A stretch of 64,000 bases of DNA from the human T2T-CHM13v2.0 reference genome, Homo sapiens. Each line of letters begins with the position of its first letter. The stretch's first letter is position 1. The DNA lies in the NCBI RefSeq assembly GCF_009914755.1, contig NC_060925.1. One strand, written 5' to 3'. A program made the translations under genes and the position numbers. The notes under the pieces are model-generated. The model searched no databases and was not told the DNA's origin. It saw nothing but the letters and a program-made list of their open reading frames with translations. Of this stretch, positions 51,406 through 64,000 are shown one piece after another.

Positions 51406-51585
51406 GGAGAGACAGAGAGAGAGATCTTAGTGTCTATGGTATCTCTTATAAGGACACTAATCCCATGAGACCAGGACCCCTCCCGTATCATCCAGTTATC
51501 CCCCAAAGGCTCCATCTCTAAATACTATTACATTGGGGGTTAGGGCTTCAACATATGAATTTTGGAGGACACAAACCCTCAGTCA
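51165..51585 (-). mobile_element. MaLR (MLT1-type) solo LTR
   Basis: tattagtctgctcaggctgccataacaaaatac...ctggaggctggaagtctgagat...tagggcttcaacatatgaatttt; internal (GA)n. Confidence 0.8.
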
Positions 51586-51589
51586 ATAT

Positions 51590-53390
51590 TAGATCACTAG
51601 CAGATTAGACATTGCAGAAAAAGTTTGTTGAATCTGAGTACAAAGCAATGGAAACTACCCAAAATGAAATACAGAGAAAAATACCAAAACAAAAAGAGCT
51701 TCATACCTGTGGGATAATATCATATCAAGTGGGCTAACATATGTGTTATTGAAGTTCCAGAAAAGGGCAGAAAAGCCTAGAAGAAATAATGTTCTAGGTT
51801 CCACATCTAATAAAAACTGTAAACTCACAGATCTAAATAATTCAATAAGTCCCCAAAAGAATAAACACAAAGAAATCCACACCAAGGCACATCATCAAAT
51901 TGCTGAAAGCCAGTGATAAAGAGAAAAAATTTTAAAGCAGCCAAAGAAAAAGAGACACATTATGTATATAGGAACAGATAGGAAAACTGATGATTTCCCA
52001 TCAGATACAATGAAGGCCAGAAGACAATGGAGCAACATCTTTAAAGTGCCAAAAGAAAAGGCTGTCAACCAAGAATTCTATATCCAGTGAAAATATATTT
52101 CAGGAATGAAGGCAAAATAACTTTTTCAGACAACAATATGCTGGGAGAATTCATCACTAGCCATTCTTCACTATAAGAAATGTCAGAGGAAGTTTTTTAC
52201 ACAGAAGGAAAATGATACGAGATGGGAATGTAAAGTACATAAAGGAATGAAGAGCATCAGAAGTGGTAAACATATGGCAAATATAAAAAGACTGTTCCCC
52301 CTTGTTTTAAAATGTCTTTTAAAGATAGTTGCCTACTTAAAGCAAAAATAATAATGTGTTGGGGGGTTTACAGCATAAATAGAGATAAAATGTATGACAA
52401 CAATAGGATGAAGAATGGGAGGTGGGGACTAGAAGTATACTGTTGTAAGTTTCTCACATTATATGAGAAGTGGTATAATATTATTTGAAGGTAGACTGTG
52501 ATAAATTAAAGATGCATATTATTAACACTAGAGCAATTACTAAAAAACAAAACCGTTACAGCTAATCAGAGATAAATTGGAATGTTTTTAAAATACTCAG
52601 TTAATCTAGAAGAATACAGGAAAAGAAGCAAGAAAAGGAACAAAGAGAAGATGAGACAATTTGAAAACTATTAGCAAGATGGTAGATTTAAACTCAGCCA
52701 TATCTATAGCTGCATTAAACATAAATAGACTGGATTTAAAAGCAAGATCCAACTATTGGCTGTCTGCAAGAAACTAATTTGACATATAAAGATACAGCTT
52801 AGAGTACAAGGATGGAAAAGTGTATGCCATGCAAAAACTAATCATAAGAAACCTGGAGCACCTATATTAATATCAGAAAAAGTATATTTCAGAAGAAGGA
52901 ACATTGCCAGGAATAAAGAGACACATTACATAATGATAAAAGGGGTCAGTTTATCAATAAGACATATTAATCCTTCATTTATACATACCTCACGACAGAC
53001 CTTCAAAGTCCACAAAGCAAAACTGAAAGGAGAAATAGACAAATCCAAAATTTTAGTTAGAGATGACAATGCTCCTCTCTTAGTAATTCATAGAACAAGT
53101 AGATGAAGTCGTTATGGAAATAGAAAACCTTATCTATCAGTTTTACCATTTGACGTTTGTAGGCTATTCCACTCAACAATAACTGAATAATCATTTTTTT
53201 TCAAGGACACATGAAACATTTGCCAAGATCATACACTGGGCTATAAAATAATTCTTAATAAAATTTAAAATACTGATAATAAAGAATATGTGCTCCAATC
53301 ACGATGGAATTAAATTAGAAATCAATAATGGAAATTTCTGGAAAATCCCCAAATATTTGGAAGTTAAAATTCTATATAACCCATGGGTTA
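51590..53390 (+). mobile_element. Old L1 (L1M) ORF1/ORF2-endonuclease remnant
   Basis: A-rich; ccaagaattctatatccagtgaaaata; gaagccagaagacaatgg-like; ggaattaaattagaaatcaataa; no intact ORF. Confidence 0.8.
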
Positions 53391-54289
53391 TTACTTACTA
53401 AGCTAGGTGAAAATAAAGCCCTGAGTTAAGTGCTACATAATCCTCACAATAATGCCATAAGGTAATTACAGTGATCACTGTTTTGCAGATGAGCCCCCAG
53501 AGCTCAGAGAGGCAGCTGGTAGGTTGTAAACCTAGGAGCAGAAACCCAGATCTGTCTCATGCCAAAGCCCAGCTCATGATCAGTGTGTTATTCCAAAGGC
53601 AACTAGTTACAGCATTCAAGATGGGCACCCTGCAGAGAGCTGTGCTGAGTACCCTGTTGGGTATGAGGGGTGAAGGGAATGTGCTGTTGATGCTGCTTGC
53701 CTTCTTGCCAACTCCCTGTCCACAATCTCACCCCTAGGCTTGGTGCTCAAGAGCCTTCCCAATGGAAACTCTACCATTGGGTGTTCTCTTATGTTCTTCC
53801 CCACTCTCGTTCTTCTGTTGTGAGATTCCTATGTCCCCAGTGAGCTCTTTCCTTGGCAGGGTCACTGGCTTTTCCTGGGTGCTTGATCCAAACACCTCAT
53901 AAGGCCTTCTTCCTCTAAGGGTCTTATCCTCACTGCTTTTACTTCTGGCTCCCCCATGCTGATCTCAGCAGGCCTGCTTTGTGATTCAGGGCTTTCTGGA
54001 CCCTCATCCAGAAAGATGTGGATCCAGGTCCAGATGTTGCAAGACCTGCAACACTATTCTTCTGTTATCCTTAGGCAGCCTTATCAGACCAAACCAACTG
54101 TCATTGGCCCACCTGGAGTCCACCAGTAGCCAGAGGATCCCCAGAGTCTCCAGAACTGCCCAGTGGCTCACTTTATCTTTCTCTTTTATTTAAGAGATCT
54201 TTGAACCAGACTGCCTGGATTTTAAATCCTGGAATTATCACTTGAAAGCTTTGTAATTTTATGTAAGTCATTTTACCTCTTGGTGCCTC

Positions 54290-54670
54290 TGTCTTCGTCT
54301 TTATGCTGCTATAACAGAATACCACAGACTGGGTAATTTACAACAGACAGAAATTTATTTGGCTCATGGTTCTGGAGGCTGGGAAGTCCAGGAGCATAGC
54401 ACCAGCATCTTGCAAGGGCCTTTGTGCTGGTGAAAGGTGGAAGGGCAAGAGAGGGCAAAAGCAAGAGGAAGAGGAGGGCCAAACTTGGTTTTATAACAAC
54501 CCACTCTCATGATAACTAACCCACTCCCAAGATAATGACATTAATCTATTCATGAAGGCAGAGCTCTCAAAACCCAATCACCTCTTATTAGGCCCCACCT
54601 CTCAATATTGTTGCATTGGGGATTAAGTTTCCAACACATGAACTTTGGGGGATACATTCAGACAATAGCA
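54290..54670 (-). mobile_element. MaLR (MST-type) solo LTR
   Basis: gctgctataacagaataccacagactgggtaattta...ggctcatggttctggaggctggg...ggggatacattcagacaatagca. Confidence 0.8.
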
Positions 54671-54759
54671 ACCTCCATTTCTTCATCTGTTTAATAAGGA
54701 TAAAAATGAGATGTGTCTCACAGGGTTGTTATAGAGATTGAATGATTTCATATTTATAA

Positions 54760-55092
<333 letters not shown>

Positions 55093-57647
55093 TAATTTAC
55101 ATCCTTTTGTCCTCGTCTCCTCCATCACACTGGGAGCTTCCTGAGAGCATAAGTAGTGTTTCTTCAATCACTCTATTATCCTGGGAGCTCTCTGGCAGAG
55201 TAGGGCTGCATCTCCCCTAAAGAATGGGGGCTCCCTGAGGTCAGGGATTGTGTCTCCACCATTAGACAGGGACTGCATCTGCCTGTCAGGCTCTGAATTT
55301 TTTTGTTTGCCTGCTTCTCAGTTCTAATAAGAGGACTGGGAATATGGGAAGCGCAGTGGAGCTCTGGGCAGTGAACATGTTCTGGGAGGGGCCTGGGAAA
55401 CTCTGTCTGGTGGATAGATCTGGCCTTGGTGAGGGAGCCAGGAGATCCTAGGCAGATTCCTCCCCAGAGCAGCTCCAGAAACAAGATCCCAAGGCAGCTT
55501 CCAGGAGCTATTTCTACCCCCAGGAAGGGGCAAGCTGGGGGAGTTCTTCTAAGAACCCTTCTGTCTATGCACACCATGCACACTGTTCTGAGGGAGTTCA
55601 GCCTTAGCACAGTTTTACCCCTTTCAGTCTATCAGAAGACAGGAGATGCAATATGGCATTGGGCAAAGAGCAGACTAAGATAGCATTGAATTCTGGCTCC
55701 GCCACTTGCTAGCTGCATGGAATCTTCCTGTAATATCTTGGGACCTTCGTTTCCTCATAGGCAAAAATAATAATAAGAAAACCTTGTTCTCAGGTCATAT
55801 TATGTGCTCAATGAATGTTAGTTGAGTGAAAGAATGCATATTCATTTCCTTTCTTTGGAGGAGTTTAGGGAGTGGCATAGCCAGCCCTAACTCTGGTAAA
55901 TTGAATTCTACCATCTGTGGGCTGAACAGGTCATCAAGATGACATTTAGTTCATTCCCAGCCTTTAATCCATCTCAGGCACACACTTAAATAAGCTCCCA
56001 AAATGGAACCCTTGGTAATGCATTCCCGTGCTTTGGTCATGAGAAAATCCCTTCTAACATCTCATTGCCCTCTCCCTACCCCACCCCCAGTGGCACATCA
56101 CAGGCATGTCTTTTCTTTGACTCTTTTCTGTAACTGGAGTAAGGAGTGTGGGAAGTTCGGACGTTGGATTCTAGTTCTAGCTCTGCCATTAACCCGTATG
56201 TGACTTTGAGAATTGGAAGCCGGTATTTATTGAGGCTCTGCTCTGTGCTGAGTACCTCACTCCCTTCTCACGGCATGACTGTGGAGATGACAGGGTCCCC
56301 ATTTTACAAAAGACAAACCTGAGGATCAGAGAGGTTAATAAACTTGCACCAAATCACACAGCTATGGAGTTCACATCTCCCTGACTCTACAGTCTTTTTC
56401 CACTGCACAGTGCTGACTTCCCTAGGGACCTGTTTCCTGATCCATAAAATAAGGGAATTGGATTTATTGTTCTAGAAAGTTCCTTCTGGTGTTGGCATTT
56501 TGTCACCACCTGCTCAGGGCCTCTGGAAGGATCTGAGGAAATTTCTGCTCAGCTTCCTGGCTTGGCTTCCTTGCCTTTCCCTGACCTTCTCTTTTGTTTG
56601 TCTATTCTCAGGCCTTCCTTACCATCCTTTCCAGTGAGTTGGTGTGAGACAAGGAACCAAATGTTTCCCTGGAGTCAGTGCAGTTCCATCTGCTGCGTTC
56701 CCTGCATAGCGGGCCGTGGGAACACTGTGTTCCACCCTCCAGACCCTGGTGCCTGGAGTGTTTTCCCTGAGCCACCCTGCCTGTCTGCATTCCCCTTTCT
56801 GTGGGGGCTTGGGCCAGCCCAAGTCAGGACCCATTTGCTTTTCTGTTTCTGAAAGCAGATGGCTTCCTAGTGGTAGGGGCAGGGTTGGGTGGACTTGCTT
56901 CCCAGGCACAAGGATTTTTATCAGCAGGCTGTTCCCATTTCTAGAGTGCCAACCCTTGTGTCCTCACACCACTGAAGGAGTTCATGCAGCCAGACATTTA
57001 GTGATTCACTTGTTCCACATCGTCAGCCCATCTTGGCTCCCCCACAGTGGAGACAAAGCCCTGACTTCAGATTTCTAGCTGTGGCTCATCTCACCTGTGG
57101 TTTGCTTTCCTGAGCTTACAGGTGAGGAAGTAGAGGCATTGGGAGGTGGGTCAGGGGCCAGCCTGGGATAGGAGCTCAGGAACCTGTCCTTCCCTGATTC
57201 GGGGTCCTCCTACCCTGCCCTTTCAGGAGGGCTGCGGCCACAACACGGGCCTCATCTTTCTTGGCTGTTACTAGATTTCTGAAAGCAGCTGTTTGTTTGT
57301 TGGCTTGTGAGCTCTCATACTTCCTGGTCCAAGGGCAAGGAGCAATGGTTTTGTGGTTTGTTTGTTTGTTTGTTTTAAATTCTTGAACCTAGAGCCAGCT
57401 GCATTCTTCATGTAATGTCACCTGGTAGGGGTTGGATGGTCAAGGAAGTACCTGGGTCCAGAGTAGGATTGCCTCAGGGGGACAATGTGACCATCATCAC
57501 CATGCCATCATCAACAGTTGCATCATCATTTAGGACCTTCCTGTTTACTGGGTACTGTGATAAATGCATTAGGCACATTAACTATTTTGTCCCTACAATG
57601 AGTCTATGAGCTAGGTATTATTACCAGTTTTCAGACTGGGAGTCATG

Positions 57648-58365
<718 letters not shown>

Positions 58366-59418
58366 TGGTTAAGAAATTTGCTGTGGTGCAATTGGAAGAT
58401 AAAGGCAGGATTAGAACCCAGCCTGGCTTACTCCAAAGTCAGTGGACAGTCTTCTCCATTAAGATCTATAGCCATTAAGGTTGACCTTGGACAACCTTGG
58501 TGACAACTCCTCTTTAGAGTGTGTATACAGTAGATACTCAGCAAGTGCACATTGTGGATATTCGCTACATACTCACTGAGTAGTGAAACTAAGCAATAAA
58601 GTCCATGTCATTGAAGCAAGTCCCTTCTGTGGCACAGAGTGAGAATTCAGAGATCTGAATCCTGTGAATAGCCACGTGCTCTATGACCAGGGGTGAATTA
58701 CTGGCCCTTTTGACCTTGGGAAAAAACAAGGATGTAATTCAGAGGAACGTAGAACTGTAGACTGCTTCCGGGGGCTGGATGACTTGACCTTCAAAAAGGT
58801 TGTTGCAGCCGGAAGAGTAGGTGAGCTGCATCAAGTTGCCTGGGGCTTTGTTTATCCTGAGACAGACAGCCTTGCTCCTGGAGTTGTGAATTTCTGAGCA
58901 TTCCATCCACCCATTGGTGGGGTACTTGGCACCAGTGCCTGGAGCCCTGGGAGTGGGTGCTGGCAGGATCAGTTGTGCTTGTGGCGCCTCACTCCCTGCA
59001 CATGCTGCTCCTGGGCTCGAGCTTGGGGAGCAGACAGTGCCTCCTGACTGGTTTTCCTTTAGCTTTGATCTTGCTGGCTGTCCTTGCCAGGGCTTGGCTG
59101 CCAGCCTTGGTGGTTGATAGCCAACCTTTGACCTTTGACATCCAGCCTTCCCCCTCCTCCACATGTGCTAACCACAGTGAAATCACAGATGCACAAATTA
59201 TCAGAACTGGGAAGAATCTTAGGCCAACTGCATCATTTTAAAGAGGAGAAACTGAGAAGTAGGGAGGAGGAAGTCCTTGTCTAAAGTGACAGATGGCAGA
59301 ATGGAGTAAGCCACATTGGACTTTAGCAGCCTGCCTGCCTTGTCTTCAAGAGCCAGGAAATATTCATTTAATATCTTCTACATATAATCACACCACCTTT
59401 ACCTAGGTGATCACTTAG

Positions 59419-59419
<1 letters not shown>

Positions 59420-59452
<33 letters not shown>
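59420..59452. repeat. (AC)n microsatellite
   Basis: uninterrupted ac run. Confidence 0.95.
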
Positions 59453-59455
<3 letters not shown>

Positions 59456-60602
59456 GTCTAGAGTCTCCCTTCTGGACCTCTGCCTGCCCCAGATCCTTCC
59501 AGATTCCTGTCACTGCCCCCCTATCAAAGATCCTTGCCCAATTTTCTACCCCAGTGATCTTGCCTCTGTTGGGTGGCAAAGGGCTGATGTGACATAGCTG
59601 TGACATAGATGTGATGTTAGGCCCTTGGCCTCTCCTCCTTCCCATACAGAGCAGATAGAGAGCTTCACTACTTATGGATATGAGGCCTTAGGTTGGTTCC
59701 TTACCCTCACCAAGCCTCAGTTTTCTCATTTTGGAAATGGGGATAATAACGCACTTAGCTTATTGCCTGGCACCCAGTCAGCTAATAAAATGTTAGCTAT
59801 TATTTATTATTATTAATGGGACTATGATTATTCCTAAAAGCAGTAGCTCTCTGGAAGACTTCTCATCTAGCCTGTAGGAGGGGGCTTTGGCTCCATAACT
59901 TTTCCATGGTGGTACCCCCATCCCTAAAACAAAGTCCTGCATTCTAGGAGGGCTTCTGGAGGTCTCAATCCCTACCCTGGCCCCAACCATTGTCAGCCAA
60001 GCCTCTTGCATTTCACCGATCTCAACTCTGCCTGTTGCAAGTTATAAATAACCCTGGCCATCTGTGCTATGAAACCCCAATACTGAGACCAAAGCAGAAG
60101 CTTCCTAGATCCCTGCCTCCTTCCCCATCTTCCCCTGCTTCTGGCAGGAGTTTTGTTTTCTCTGCTTTAGAATTTAAAGCTTCTTCCCTTTGTGCTGCCT
60201 CCCCCATCCCAAAGCCTGTGCGTGGACTCTCCATCACTGCAGATGTCGAGGAACTCTCTGGGGAACAGTTCTCTTAGAAGGAAGTGCCCATTTCAAGAAA
60301 TTGCACAGAAGCGGTGTGCTCCCTCCTGAGCCATTGGCTGGACAGGGCCAGCAGCTGCCAGGCAGATGAAATGTGCACGGAAAACATGAGGGTACCAGAG
60401 GCAGGCACCACTCACAGCAGAGGGGCTTCAAAGTTTCAAAGCCAAGCAAATCCTCAACCTCGTTGGGGGTTGAGGGGAGAATCCTTGGGCTCTTTCCTCA
60501 CTGTCATTCTCACCCTCTAAGAAAACATACTTTTGATAAGTCCTATGCACTTTGGCCCCTCTCAATCTGCCAAAGTGATAATTAGCTAATCTGGGTGGCT
60601 AT

Positions 60603-61017
60603 ATGTTAGGGACTAAATGCTTGTGTTCCCAAAATTCATGTGCTGAAGCCCTAACCCCCAGTGTGATGGTCTTTGGAAATAAGGCCTTTGAGAGGTAATT
60701 AAGATTACATGAAGTCATGAGTGTGGGGCCCTCATGATGGGATCAGTGACCTAATGAGCTTGCGTGCACACGCACTCTCTTTCCCTCACTACCCGTCTGC
60801 ACCCACGGGCCATGCATACATCAAGAAAATGCCAGATGAGTGCACAGGGAGAAGGCAGCTATCTGCAATTCAGGAAGAAAGCCCTCACCACAGTTGGACC
60901 ATGCTGGCACACTGATCTCAGTTTTGGCCTCCAGAACTGTGAGAAAATAAATTTCTGTTGCTAAAGCCACTTAGCCTATGATATTTTGTTATGGCAGCCC
61001 AAATTGACTAATAACAC
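60603..61017 (+). mobile_element. MaLR (MLT1-type) solo LTR
   Basis: tgttagggactaaatg...gaagccctaacccccagtgtgatgg...cctccagaactgtgagaaaataaatttctgttg...gactaataaca. Confidence 0.82.
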
Positions 61018-61199
61018 TATATAAACAGAATGGCCAGGACATTCCCTCTTCTTAGGAAAAACATGTCATCAGGGGCTTCCTGCAGACAATGCCGATGACT
61101 GATGGTCTGCTGGGTTAATGAATTCTAGTACAGAGGCAGCCATGTTTTTTTCCATCTTGAGCCAGATGATCCGACATCCATAAAGTTATAATTGTTGTA

Positions 61200-64000
61200 C
61201 CAAATTTTACTAAATAGAAGGAGATATTTACAAATTATAATGTATAAAATAATCCAACAACATTCATATCCCTGCCAATCCGGTTTAAGAAAGATAACCT
61301 GGCAGCATTTTCTTTGAATAATCTTACCCATTCCTTCCTTGAGCTGAGCTAAGTCATTGTTAATTTCATGCTTCTAATTTCCTTGCTTTTCTTTGTAGAT
61401 TTATTATTGTTTATTTGTATCCTTAAATGATATGTGGTTTGATTTTATATGTTTTTAAATATTTTGTTAATGGAGTCAAAGTATATACATCTTCTTTTGT
61501 GACTAACTTCTTTCATCTGTGTTGTGTGTGTTGCAATTCATTTTCTTTTCATTGTAGTGCAGAATTCCATTGTATAAATAAACCACAACTATTCCTCAAT
61601 TTTATTACCAATGGAAAGTATTTTTCCCCAGTTTGGGAGTACTAATTACTATGCTGCAATGAGTATTCTACTTCATGTCTCTTGATTTCCTACACAGAAA
61701 AGTTGTTCTAGGGTATATATAATATATAGAAGTGAAATTGCTGAGTCACAGAGGATATGCATTTTAAATGTTGCTAAATAGTGTAAAAATTCTTTTCTAA
61801 AGTGGTTGCACCAACTTATACTTCCAGGAATGGTGGTGTTGTCAGACTTAATTTTTTAAATTGTTTATCTGGAGGTAATAAAATGGTATCTCTTGTGTTA
61901 AAAGTTAAATATTCCTGATGACTAATGAAGTTGAACATTTTTTCAGATGTTTACTGGTCATTCAGATTTCTTCATTTGTGAAATTCCTGTTCAAGTAGTT
62001 TGCCCATTTTTCTATTGGATCATTTGTCATTTTCTCATTGATTGCAGAAGTTCTTCAGATATTCTTAATGGTAGTCTTTTGTAATGTGGTGTGTGTGTGT
62101 GTGTGTGTGTGTAACTACAAATGTCTTCTTCTCCTCTGGTTTGCTTTTTCACTCTCTTAAGCATGTCTTTTGGTGAACAGAAAATTTTTATTTAAATGAA
62201 GTCTAGTTTGTCAGTCTCTTACTTTAGGGTTAATGCTTTTCATTCCTGTTAAATCTTTGGTCATTGTAAGGTCACGCAGATACTGTTTTTCTGTTTTCTC
62301 CCAGAAGTTTTATTGTTTTATGTTTCACACATATGTCTTCATATGCCTGGAACTGAATTTTGTATGTGGTTTGAGGTGGAGGAATAAACATTTACTTTTT
62401 CCCATCATATGGATGTTCAACCGACATCATATGATTTATTGAAAAGATGATTGTTTCCCCACTGCAATGCGATGATATCTTCGTTGAAAATCAAGTAACT
62501 ATATATATGCATTTCTGGACTATATTGTCTCCCATCTACCCTTGCACCAGTTGTTTTGTTCTTCTTCAAGACTGTCTTCTTCATTTAGAACCAGCTTGCC
62601 AATTTCTACCAGAAAACCAACCAAGCAAACAACAAACAAAAAGACTCCTAGAATTTGGGAAAGGACTAACATCTTCACCATATTGAGTCTTTTAACCCAT
62701 GAATTTGGTGTATCTCTCTATGTGTTTAGATTTTCTATAATATCTCTCAGTAATGCCCTGTAGTCTTCATTGTACAGAATTTTAATATTTTTCACCAGAT
62801 TTATTCCTAGGTATATGATTTTTGATACTGATATATATAGGCTCTGTAAGTTTTTTATTTTAAAATTGTGTATTGCTAGCATATAGGGATACAATTACTT
62901 TTTAATATTAGCCATATATCCAGTGACCTTGGTAAATGCACTTCTAAGTTTTAATAGTTTACATATATAAGTTCTTTTGGACTTTTTATATTCACAGTCA
63001 TGTTATTCTCTAATAATGACAGATTTTTGGTTTTACATTTCTTATTTATTTTAATTTTGTATTGCCTTATTGTACTGGCTATATCTCCAGTGTAGTGTTG
63101 AATTGAAATCATATTAGCAGACATCCTTATCTTGTTCCTGATTTCAAAGGGGAAATCTTTATATATTTTACTACTTAGCATAATATTTGGTGTTATTTTA
63201 AAAACATTTTAACAAAATCAGATTAATGGAGTTCCTTTCTACTTCTAGTTTTGAAAGTATTTTACTATAAATAAGCATCGAATGCATTTTCTGCATCTAT
63301 TGAGATCATTCATTCTTTTCCTTTATTCTGTAAATGTGGTGAATTACATTGATTGGCTTTTAAATGTCAAGTCGTTTTTATATATAATTTTTATATCATT
63401 GTATTTGATTAGCTAATATTATGTTTAGACTTTCAATGATGTTCATGAGGGAGACTGATATATAATTTTCCTTTCTTAACAAAGTTTTGTCAGGTTTTAG
63501 TACCACATTTATAAATACTATCCTCATAAAACAAATTGGGGAGTGTTTTTCTTTTTCTATTATCTTGAAGTATTTGTGGAAAATTTATGCCCAGTTCTTT
63601 ATTAAATACTTAGAAGAGTTCAACTGGGAATCCATGTAGTCCTAGAGTTAGGAAATTTTAAAATTACAGATTTAATTTCTTCATTAGAAATAGGACACAT
63701 AATAAGTTCTATTTATCTTAGTGTTAATTTTCGTAACTTGTGTATTTCAAGAATTTTTCCATTTTGTGAAAAGTTTCAAATGTATTGGCAGTTCTTCATA
63801 ACGTCCCCTTACATTTTTAACATTTGTAGGATCTGATTTGTAGTGATGGTCCTTTTTTAACTCCTGATGTTGGAATATATGTTTTCTCTGTTTTGTCTTT
63901 GAAAAGTTTTTGATTAGTCTTTACAAAGAATCAACTTTTGGCTTTGTTGATTTTTTTATTCTGTGTTTTTTTTTTTCCAACTGTTTCATTGATTCATGCT
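61200..64000 (-). mobile_element. Old L1 (L1M) 3'/ORF2 remnant, continuing beyond the window
   Basis: T-rich plus strand; aaagtggttgcaccaactta; catccttatcttgttcctgatttc; gcattttctgcatctattgagat. Confidence 0.8.

Overview
Vertebrate, GC-rich, Alu-containing (primate) genomic DNA, recognisable as the human PPFIA4-MYOG locus. Bases 148-~35490 (+) hold the 3' ~95% of PPFIA4 (liprin-alpha4). I traced 28 coding exons by hand into one frame-consistent 3390-nt partial CDS (coiled coil, linker, three SAM domains); the first coding exon lies upstream of the window. MYOG (myogenin, 3 exons, 224 aa) is convergent on the minus strand at ~39875-42760, with its E-box/TATA/MEF2/MEF3/Pbx promoter. Beyond ~49 kb the window is mostly Alu, MaLR LTR, L1 and MIR/L2 debris. 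I found no new gene or multi-gene system. The most interesting signals are in PPFIA4 isoform control and are absent from the ORF track: (1) a cassette exon (32721-32829) that swaps in the liprin PDZ ligand ...STVRTYSC*, preceded by twin CACTAAC (branch/QKI) motifs, with its stop 50 nt before the last junction; (2) a 27-nt microexon between SAM1 and SAM2; (3) a TACTAAC-driven in-frame alternative acceptor too close to a 36-nt exon to be spliced to it; (4) a GC-AG intron; (5) an RCGTG cluster around an internal ATG that would give a 701-aa short form. Candidate MYOG distal enhancers and a CTCF-like site are also noted. Repeat boundaries and family calls are by eye and approximate.
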